Below are positions 27,924-36,300 of a stretch of DNA of 64,000 bases, one piece after another. The DNA is from Euryarchaeota archaeon TMED192. GTDB lineage: Archaea; Thermoplasmatota; Poseidoniia; Poseidoniales; Thalassarchaeaceae. A program made the translations under genes and the position numbers. How positions within the stretch are numbered: position 1 is the stretch's first letter; every line of letters starts with the position of its first letter. The stretch spans positions 155,029 through 219,028 of the forward strand of contig NHIP02000003.1 in NCBI GenBank assembly GCA_002170775.2, read 5' to 3'. The notes below the pieces were generated by a model. The model was not told where the DNA came from. It ran no database searches and worked only from the letters and a program-made list of their open reading frames with translations.

Positions 27924-27958
27924 TCTTCGTGAGGCTATTACTAACAGCCCCACGAAGA
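27924..27958. terminator. Inverted repeat in convergent intergenic spacer
   Basis: TCTTCGTG ... CACGAAGA is an 8-bp inverted repeat with an interrupted extension. It lies between the stops of the + gene (27835) and the - gene (27978). A T6 run follows at ~27973. Confidence 0.3.
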
Positions 27959-27977
27959 GCTTTCAGTTGTGATTTTT

Positions 27978-29618
27978 TCAAACGACATCGGTGTCATTCT
28001 CTAACTCATCGAGAATACCGTCGCCGTCATCATCATCATCTAGATGGTCATCAATCCCGTCGTTATCATGATCGAACTGACCCGTTAAGTCATTCCCATC
28101 ATACATCTCGAACCAGTCAGACAATCCATCGTTGTCATCGTCGGTGTCGATTAGATCGGAATATCCGTCGTTGTCGTGGTCATATCTGTATAGACTCCAC
28201 TCGCCGCCCTGCTCATCGACATCGAGTATGCCATCGTTGTCATCGTCATCATCGAGTGCGTCGTTGATTCCGTCGTTGTCGTGGTCTCTGGGCATATCGT
28301 CAGCATAATTCATCAGACCATCGTTGTCAATGTCAATGTCAACACAATCGTAGATGCCATCGTTGTCGTGATCGTAAATGTCAGTGAATGGATTGCCATC
28401 CTGAACCTCGATTCGGTCATCGAGTCCGTCACCATCATCATCGTCGTCGTCCGCATCAGGGATGCCGTCGTTGTCGTGGTCTTGGCCATCTGTGTCAATC
28501 ACGTCAGGGATACAGTCGTTATCATCGTCCGTATCTACATCATCTGGTATTCCGTCACCATCGTTGTCATTCTCACCATTGTTATCCTGGTTGTCAAGCT
28601 GCTGGTCTTGTTGCTGATCGGATTGTGTGCCTTGCTGGCCTTGCTCTGATTGTGTGCCGCCCTGCTGCTGCTGGTTTTGCCCATTCTGGTTGTTACCATT
28701 CTGGTCTTGGCTCTGTTGATCACCTTGCTGGCCGCCCTGTTGGCCGCCGTTTTGCTGCTGGCCTTGGCCGTTATCCTGTTGATTGGACTGCGAACCATCT
28801 TGGCCATTGTTGCCCTGCTGGCCGTCTTGTCCGCTCTGGGAGCCCTGGCCATTCTGGCCCTGCTGGCCCTGACCTTGTCCTTGGCCCTGACCTTGTCCTT
28901 GTCCTTGGCCCTGGCCTTGTCCTTGTCCTTGTCCTTGGCCCTGACCTTGTCCCTGGCCTTGTCCTTGTCCTTGGCCCTGGCCTTGTCCTTGTCCTTGTCC
29001 CTGGCCTTGTCCCTGGCCTTGTCCTTGGCCCTGGCCGCCGCCTTGTCCTTGTCCTTGTCCTTGGCCCTGTCCTTGGCCCTGACCTTGGCCCTGACCTTGT
29101 CCTTGGCCCTGACCGTCTTCTTCTGAGCCGCCGCCGCCTTGGGTGCCGCCGTCACCTGAGCCATCACCCTGGAAATCAGGATCATAGGCATCGGGGATTC
29201 CGTCGCCGTCTGAATCGCTCATCTCGCCATTTGCTGGGTCATTTGGATAAGGGTCACTGCCATCATCTTGGCCATCGCCGTCAGTATCAGCCGCATTGGG
29301 GTTGGTTCCCGTAGCGTATTCTTGTGAATTTGTGAGTCCGTCTCCGTCAGGATCGGCATTTGCATCTGTAGCTGAATTTGGATTTAGCCCATAGCCAACT
29401 TCCCATCCATCAGGCAAACCATCGCCATCGGAATCAGGATTATTCATGTCCGTTCCAGCAGACTGCTCTTGAGCATTGGTTAGTCCATCGCCATCCCAGT
29501 CTGCGCCACCATCATTCGGATCGAGAGGATCCGAACCATCAGCGGTAACGCCTGCGGCGCCAGCCATAGTCACTAGCAGTAAAGCTGTCAATATACTTGC
29601 ATTCTTTGTTATCTCCAT
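27978..29618 (-). CDS. Secreted acidic Ca-binding repeat protein (thrombospondin type-3-like repeats) with central (GQ)n and Q/N-rich tract
   Basis: Signal peptide MEITKNASILTALLLVTMAGAAGVTA. The N-terminal third has DxDxDGxxDxxE repeats (DWDGDGLTNAQE, DSDGDGLPDGWE, DPDGDGLTNSQE, DTDGDGQDD, DSDGDGIPD). The C-terminal third has 5 DHDNDG(I/Y)xD...DDDDxDG(L/I)xD modules. No membrane anchor. Confidence 0.8.
   Translation of the reverse strand: MEITKNASILTALLLVTMAGAAGVTADGSDPLDPNDGGADWDGDGLTNAQEQSAGTDMNNPDSDGDGLPDGWEVGYGLNPNSATDANADPDGDGLTNSQEYATGTNPNAADTDGDGQDDGSDPYPNDPANGEMSDSDGDGIPDAYDPDFQGDGSGDGGTQGGGGSEEDGQGQGQGQGQGQGQGQGQGQGQGQGGGQGQGQGQGQGQGQGQGQGQGQGQGQGQGQGQGQGQGQGQGQGQGQGQGQGQGQGQGQQGQNGQGSQSGQDGQQGNNGQDGSQSNQQDNGQGQQQNGGQQGGQQGDQQSQDQNGNNQNGQNQQQQGGTQSEQGQQGTQSDQQQDQQLDNQDNNGENDNDGDGIPDDVDTDDDNDCIPDVIDTDGQDHDNDGIPDADDDDDDGDGLDDRIEVQDGNPFTDIYDHDNDGIYDCVDIDIDNDGLMNYADDMPRDHDNDGINDALDDDDDNDGILDVDEQGGEWSLYRYDHDNDGYSDLIDTDDDNDGLSDWFEMYDGNDLTGQFDHDNDGIDDHLDDDDDGDGILDELENDTDVV
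28863..29114 (-). repeat. Imperfect hexanucleotide tandem repeat encoding an 84-aa Gly-Gln dipeptide tract
   Basis: CCTTGT/CCCTGG/CCCTGA units (reverse strand GGN-CAR) run uninterrupted except for one GGC-GGC-GGC. All variation between units is at synonymous positions. Confidence 0.95.
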
Positions 29619-29931
29619 TGTATCATCACGTTCCTTTTTGTTACGTTTTCTTGGTTAATCTAGGGAACCCGCCGTTCCCTCTTTCCAGCATCAGCCCGAC
29701 TGAGTCGGAACAGAAATCTGGGAGGGGGTTATTTACACTAAGGACAGAGAAGATTTGCACATTTATATGATACCAATATTGGTCGGTATGCATCGTTTTT
29801 TATTTGCTTTTTATCTTCTCCTCCTATTGTGGTTTAACCCTTTGTGGCTGGCAGTCTCAGGAAACCCTCCGTCTCCTCTGCTTCTCGGAGAGCATTAGAA
29901 ACTATATCAATGCCGCGGAAAATTGAGTATT

Positions 29932-30294
29932 CTAAGGAGACAGCCTAGAAAGTTCAGAGTTGAACTTGGTGCGTGTCATGAAATGACGAACCGGCGTAGT
30001 TAATGTCAGGATGATCAAAACGATGAGGAAAAGTGTCGACCATGGGGGGATGCTTCTTCCCATAGAAAGGAATAGAGTCCACCCAAGAATCATCAATACC
30101 CAAGGACGGTACCTGCGTGAAAATAGCGATAGTCGTGCTCTTGCTACCTCGTCGGAATATAGCAAGGGGGTCTCGCCCGGGGCCATCATGTCATGTTCAA
30201 CAGCACAGCGGGCGCAAACTAGGTACCTTGGCCCGTTACCTTTGACAAACTGATTGACAGGATAGTTTTGGGTGCACATGCGGCAGGTTGGCAT
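29932..30294 (-). CDS. Hypothetical small zinc-finger membrane protein
   Basis: From Met 30294: MPTCRMCTQ...LVCARCAVEH (CxxC...CxxC) followed by two hydrophobic helices. The longer ORF (to 30348) would overlap the pabB/A stop. Confidence 0.4.
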   Translation of the reverse strand: MPTCRMCTQNYPVNQFVKGNGPRYLVCARCAVEHDMMAPGETPLLYSDEVARARLSLFSRRYRPWVLMILGWTLFLSMGRSIPPWSTLFLIVLIILTLTTPVRHFMTRTKFNSELSRLSP

Positions 30295-30326
30295 AATGCT
30301 CAGCCGAACCATCGGGAGGCTCGTCT

Positions 30327-32558
30327 TCAACACTGCGGTCGAATGCATGTTTCAAGAAACTTGTAGAGGATCTTTGAACCGCCCCCGCTTCCTACTGACT
30401 CAGGATGGAATTGTACCCCATGAATTGGGAGATTGGGGTGCTCTACGCCCATAACAAGGTTCGTGCCTGACTCCCATGCATTGGGCATCATAGTCCTTCC
30501 ATCGGACAATACGGCCAGACTGTTGTATCTCATCATCGAACATGTTTTGTCTGAATCTTCGAAAAGGCCTGTTCCTCTGTGTTCTATTCTAGACGGTGAG
30601 CCGTGTACAGGTCCGTCGGGCGAGAGTCCCAATCTCGAGCCATCAGCAAGACAGAGGGCCTGGTGTCCCAGGCATATCCCCAATACAGGAATGCGTCTAC
30701 TCCCTATGCTTAGCATGTCTGATAGTGCATTTGATGCTATGAGCATTGTTCGCTTTGATGCTTCTGGTCTCGAAGGGCCAGGGCCTATCACAATGCCATC
30801 AGGGGCATGTTCAGAAATTATTCTTTTCAGCCATGTGTCCGGGTCTTCGATGGATGATGAGGGCCTTCCTTGAACGACCTCGACTTGGCTGCCGAGAGCC
30901 ACCATCGCATCTCGGATATTGAGTGTGAATGAATCCAGATTGTCCACTAAAACAATTTTCGGGGCCCTCTGGAAAGGTGTGATGTTGACGTTTTTGTCGT
31001 TATTTGACGACATTGGGAGAGTCAGCCCTCCCATCTCTGCGATGGGGGGGCTCAGGTCATTTTTGAACGCAGGTGCGCCCCATGTGGCTCGAGTTATGGC
31101 ATCAGCCTTCCATTCAGCTTCTTCGACTTCTACAGACGGTATAGAATCGTGAACTATGCCTCCACCCGCCATTACGGACCCGATGTTCTTGTTATCCTTG
31201 AGTCTGACATCCAAAGTTCTGATGAGGATGTTGAGATCTGAGATTCCTGTTGTGGAGTTTATGTGTCCTATGGACCCTGTCCAAGCCCCTCGAGGAGCGC
31301 CCTCTAGATGATCAATTATTGACATGCTCATTGTTTTAGGGCAACCGGTGATTGAGCCTCCGGGAAATAGGGAGGAAATTGCACCTGAGAGTTCGGATCC
31401 CGATGCAACTAGTCCCTCCACAGTTGAGACGAGGTGATGGACGTTAGGATGGGACTCTACACGAAAGTCGCTCCAGGTAACGGATCCAGGTTCACATACG
31501 CTTGAAAGATCGTGTCGCTCTAAGTCCACAAGCATCATGTGTTCCGCAAGATCTTTTTTCGATCTGATTAGTGAATTGAGCATTTCCGCATCCTCTGCAG
31601 GGCCTTTCCCTCTTGGGGTTGTTCCTTTGATTGGAGATGTGCTGATTTTTCCATCTCTTATTCTGAGAAGCTGTTCTGGACTTGCTGAAACAACTGACCA
31701 TTTAAGGCTCGGTGACCTCATCCATGAGCTGTATGGTGCAGGATTGGATTTGCTAAGTTTGGAGTACACTGACCATGGATCTTTTTCCAAAGGCGCCTGC
31801 CATCTTCTACCGTAATTTACCTGATACACGTGTCCATGCTTGATTGCTTGAATGATTTCTCCCGTCTTGAATTCATGCTCCGATCTAGATTCGATAGAGA
31901 CTGGCGATGATGGCTCTTCTAGTTCAACGGGGGAGTGGTCGATATTCGCCCATTTTTGGATATCGGTTGAAGAGATGTTTTTAATTCCGACAATAGAAAC
32001 AGAGTTGGTATCTCGATGATGGATTATCCAACCATTTGTTTTCCACATTACGCCGAGGATTTCGCCCTCGGGAGGGGGGTTGGAAAGTCTGGGGCCCGTA
32101 GTCCACTGCCCGAGGTCGTAGCCGAGTATTCCCGCAAACCCCCCGGGGGAAAGGCCCGTGCGTGGCTCGCTGGGTGCCAAAGTTTCCATTTTTCTCATTG
32201 AAGAGAGGGCCTGTTCAAGGCTGTGATGGGATTCGATGCTCTTGGTTGACCATCGATCGGATACACGCTGCTGTACCTCTAGTGTTAATGGGGGATTTTT
32301 GGATAGGTCAATATTGCCATTAAGAGGGTCCTGATGAGTTGTTTTTGATTCATCTTTGGGTTGCTTGAAAATGACTCTTATATTTCCGAGCATAGGTATC
32401 ATGCTAGTTTTTGACCGATCGTTGATTGGTCCTCCTGAAGTCAGCATAAGTTCGTCTTGTTGCGGGTTCATTAATCGCAATTGAAAGAGGATATTAAGTA
32501 GGGTTTGATCGTCATAATCTCCTTCTAATACGCGAGTATCGGAGCTGGTCTCAATCAA
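30327..32558 (-). CDS. pabB: Fused aminodeoxychorismate/anthranilate synthase: component I (N-terminal) + glutamine amidotransferase (C-terminal)
   Basis: Chorismate-binding domain (DLERHDLSSVCEPGSV, FPGGSITGCPK, AWTGSIG, GGGIVHDSIP..E.EE...K) followed by a class-I GATase (VLVDNLDSFT, PVLGICLGHQAL, GVQFHPES). The PabB rather than TrpE call rests on the adjacent PabC-like gene. Confidence 0.8.
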   Translation of the reverse strand: MIETSSDTRVLEGDYDDQTLLNILFQLRLMNPQQDELMLTSGGPINDRSKTSMIPMLGNIRVIFKQPKDESKTTHQDPLNGNIDLSKNPPLTLEVQQRVSDRWSTKSIESHHSLEQALSSMRKMETLAPSEPRTGLSPGGFAGILGYDLGQWTTGPRLSNPPPEGEILGVMWKTNGWIIHHRDTNSVSIVGIKNISSTDIQKWANIDHSPVELEEPSSPVSIESRSEHEFKTGEIIQAIKHGHVYQVNYGRRWQAPLEKDPWSVYSKLSKSNPAPYSSWMRSPSLKWSVVSASPEQLLRIRDGKISTSPIKGTTPRGKGPAEDAEMLNSLIRSKKDLAEHMMLVDLERHDLSSVCEPGSVTWSDFRVESHPNVHHLVSTVEGLVASGSELSGAISSLFPGGSITGCPKTMSMSIIDHLEGAPRGAWTGSIGHINSTTGISDLNILIRTLDVRLKDNKNIGSVMAGGGIVHDSIPSVEVEEAEWKADAITRATWGAPAFKNDLSPPIAEMGGLTLPMSSNNDKNVNITPFQRAPKIVLVDNLDSFTLNIRDAMVALGSQVEVVQGRPSSSIEDPDTWLKRIISEHAPDGIVIGPGPSRPEASKRTMLIASNALSDMLSIGSRRIPVLGICLGHQALCLADGSRLGLSPDGPVHGSPSRIEHRGTGLFEDSDKTCSMMRYNSLAVLSDGRTMMPNAWESGTNLVMGVEHPNLPIHGVQFHPESVGSGGGSKILYKFLETCIRPQC

Positions 32559-33333
32559 GATTCTCCCTCCTGATTAGCTTCTGATGTTGACGTAGAATAT
32601 TCGCCAAGTCTACATCGGAATTGACTCCGATTTCCCTGTCATTGATGGATAATATCCGTCTGATCCCCATGCCGCTCCCTACTGCTGCAGCGCTCAAACA
32701 AGAGTAGGCTTCTGAGAGGGTGATCCGCTTTTGTAAGGGAGTTATACGGCTGTTACTATCTTGATTTAGGATCTGGTTAAGAGTGACTGATTTGACGGCT
32801 CCGAGATCTAATGCTGGCAATGCTATGTCTCCATTCTCAAGAATAAAGATGGGTGTGAATGTGTCTCCGTCGACTACGAGGCCTTGATTGATAAGCAGCC
32901 CCGCGTCTGCCCCATTGTAATTTGCCATTCTTCTGGCTTCGATATAACCTGCCCAGTCTCCTTGCTTAATTCTGGCCGAGTTCGGGCCAGGGGGGAGGGG
33001 TTGAGTGGAGAGGCGGATTTCTTTGGGCATTCTCGTCAGGGTTCTCGGAGATGCTGTGATTCGCTCGCTTTTATCGATATCTAATCTAACGAGATAAGGT
33101 GGTTCTTGTTCATTTGATGAACGGGACATGATATCGATTATGTCGTTCTCTTCGATCTCTAAATTGCTCCCAAAAAGGGAAGCGTGGGCCTCTATCAATC
33201 TCCTCAAATGTCCTTCGATATGAATAGGTCCATCTAATTCGACCCTGATGGTGGTGAATACCGATTCTGGGTCGCCCACGTTATGCTTCAGCGGGAGGTT
33301 GATTTCAAAGTGGCCCTTATCAGAACAAGTCAT
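32551..33333 (-). CDS. Fold-type IV aminotransferase-like protein, probable aminodeoxychorismate lyase
   Basis: The 260-aa size, weak class-IV features (LEGHLRRL, GLLINQGLVVDGDTFT, ...GAVKSVTLNQIL) and an 8-nt overlap with the pabB/A start support the call. The motif match is loose. Confidence 0.45.
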   Translation of the reverse strand: MTCSDKGHFEINLPLKHNVGDPESVFTTIRVELDGPIHIEGHLRRLIEAHASLFGSNLEIEENDIIDIMSRSSNEQEPPYLVRLDIDKSERITASPRTLTRMPKEIRLSTQPLPPGPNSARIKQGDWAGYIEARRMANYNGADAGLLINQGLVVDGDTFTPIFILENGDIALPALDLGAVKSVTLNQILNQDSNSRITPLQKRITLSEAYSCLSAAAVGSGMGIRRILSINDREIGVNSDVDLANILRQHQKLIRRENLD

Positions 33334-36300
33334 CGATATCGCGCGCTAGATCTTCAAGCTCGTCAATAACTTTAGTCTCAGTTGAGTCTTGTTGTGGCTC
33401 CAGTGATTCGGATAAGGGAGTAGTCTCCAGAGCTGAGGCTTCTTCTATGGTTTGTATTTCTTGTTCGATTTCTTCGTCGAAGAGGCTGTCAATTTCAACT
33501 TCTCGTGTGGATATTTCCCAAATTTCAGATCCAGAGGACCTTCGTGATCTTAGGGCGAAGGCGGCTCCTATGGCAGCCATGCTGATTGCCGTGGTTGCGA
33601 GTAGGATATTCAACTCACCATCGACCAGCCTATCGACGAATGTACTGCCTCCAGCTTCATCCTCATCTAGAATTCCCGTTTGATCTACCCATGGCGGGAC
33701 CATTACGGGACTGGCCCGGTATGTGAATTTCTCACCATCGAATGATACAACCTCAACATAGTGATTTAGGCTTCGGTTTAGGGACTCTGAGTCGATATTA
33801 TCGAAACTGAGTTCGGTGGATGCTCGATCGAGCGCTACGACTGCTGCATCTCGAACATCGGAGAATGCGGAAGTCGACACGTAGACGTGATACCCCACGA
33901 TATCATCATCAGTACTTTCCGACCAACTGAGCATTATTCTCGACCCTGCGGGGTTCCAGGCGGCAGTGAGGCCTGCGACGTCTGGACAGGCCGGACAGGG
34001 GTCTAGGCCTAGTTCATCTCGCAGAACTATGTCACTCGATTCCAATCCTGTTTCCCATGCATTTCCAGTTGAGTCCTTCGCAACAACCGCGACGAAATAT
34101 CTGCGATCAGGGATCATCTCTGAATATCCGTCCGGATTGGATGAAAATTCCACCAATGCCGGGCCGGACCAATCCCTGGATAGGGTCGCTGACGGCTCTA
34201 GAGTCGCAATGTTGTCTAACAGGAACGGTGAGTCAATGACCGCATATATCTCATATGACATGATATCTGGCGATGTACTTGGCTCGAATACCACGAACAT
34301 GCCGTCTCCGTGATCGGGATCGCGGTCGATGAGTGTTGGCGCGGGGATCCTTAGAGGCGGCTCTGAATCTCCCATGTTTGAGAGGGGGAGTACTATTGCG
34401 GTCTCTAGTTGATCGACGAATACATTTCCTGAGAGATCATGCACAGTCACAGCAACATAGAGCGGTATCTCTGGAATGATTTCTGAGCTTATTGAGTCTG
34501 TCAATGTACTCCCATAGAGTGCTTTATCAATCTCAATCTCGATTCTTGAAGACCCGCCTATCTGACGCTGCTCAATAACCGTAAGGCCGCATGATGATGG
34601 ATCATCAGAGCAAAAGAACCAGAGGGATGTGACATCATCTAGCGGGTGTTCGCTGACCCATATGGTGTAGAAGGCGAAGTCTGGTACATCGCTTCTGGTC
34701 CAAACTACATCTATTGATGTGCCGTCGTCTGAAGGATGGTCAAATGCATCCACATCGACCAATCTTGGGGGTTCGGGCCCTTCTGCCCCCAGATTATCAT
34801 ATGGAGTTGCATCGTCAGGAAGGATGTTGTTTAGATCCCCATTGCCCCAGTCATCGAAAGCAATGACTGCAACCCAGTAACGTATGCTATTCTGAAGTGG
34901 AATTCCGCCTGTTCCGCCAATTATGGCTGATGTGTTTCCACATCCCGGGACAATAGCTGCCATGGGCCATCCTTCCGCGCTAGTAGGGGGCGAGAAACCG
35001 GAAGCGGGCAGCACGTACACCGAATAGAATATGCAGTCTTCTTCCTCGTTCTCATCCCATGATACCTGCAAATAACCCCCATCATCGAACGGCAGATCCG
35101 AGGCTTCAACGCCACTTACGCGCGCAGGGGGAATCGAGTCATCAAGTCCCCCAGCCGCTACGATCGGACCGAAGAGTGTTGGATTGTCTTGTTCGTACTG
35201 GCCTGCTAGGTCAACACATGATGCAGCCAGCCAGATTGGGGTCGCGGGTGATACGTCTATGATCGTCTGGTTGCCCAAAGCCATTGACACATCGACCGAT
35301 GTTGGAATCGCATTCACATCTTCAATCTCAACTGTGGAATACCATATTCTGGTAGAGTGACTATCGAGATCGGTGCACAGCTGCCATTCAACAAGCAGAC
35401 TGCCTCCTGAGAAACCGAATGGGCTTGCATGCAGGGAGGACGGGGGGTCTGGAATGTTATCTACCGCTAATGCCGAACCGTTGTAGACCGATATTGGACC
35501 CATGGAACCGTCTGGATATCTGATCGATATGGCGGCCCCGTATTCGTGACCTGGCTGTATCGGCTGGACGGTGTCGTCAAGATAGGCGGTTTCGAAAGTG
35601 GCTCCAAGAGTCTGCAGATCTGATATCGAGAGTATGGGTGTGGATACGGTTTGAGGTATTCCATTGGCCTCCATGGCATCGGAATCCCACCCATTCGAAG
35701 CCATATCCCAGAGGAATATGTCGTATGAAACAAAACTGGGGTCCTCGGAAATCGCCCAATTCACAGTCAACCCGTCGCCTGCGTCATTCGGACGGTCGGT
35801 GAGAAGTGTGATTGATGTCGGTATCTCTTGTCTTATCCAATCGTATGTTATCCGTATCTCAATCTTGCCTGAGTCGGAGGGTGAGAGTGCAAATTCCCAG
35901 TTCGCATCTGAGGGAGTGCCGGCATTATCCACTGCGAGTTGGAGAAGTTGTTGGAGTCCTGTCTGAGTAGACAGGTTCCATGATCCGGTGTAATTGAGTT
36001 CTTTAGTCGTGGACCAAATTGGCTGAGAAGAAGAGAGGCTAGTGAAAATGGCTGGGTACCAAGAGAATGGGATTGCCCCATAGTACTGGGTTTGGCCCGT
36101 CGAGCTGGAAGGGTCAGGAACGATGAGCCCTGATTGGATTTCGATATCATTCCCCGGACGCGTGTGGTCTGTGATGTCAGTAGTTCTGCCCAGAATAGTC
36201 AGATCTAGATTATCTGCTCGGGCGTATTCATCGACGTATATCTGCTCGAGTGTCCAGTAAGGTCGGTACGCCAAGACGCCTTCGTCGGTAGCGAGAGCCA

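Noticed and set aside
28863-29114. Possible CRISPR or satellite array
   Set aside because: The period is 6 nt with no spacers, it lies entirely inside an intact reading frame, and its variation is synonymous. It is a coding dipeptide repeat, not a CRISPR array.
28281-29314. Several long ORFs in other frames over the repeat-protein gene (122, 308, 218 and 158 aa)
   Set aside because: These are low-complexity translations of the same GGN-CAR and GAY-rich repeats (poly-LV/LG, poly-KD/KA, poly-LA/LS). The minus-strand frame with signal peptide and Ca-binding motifs explains the region.
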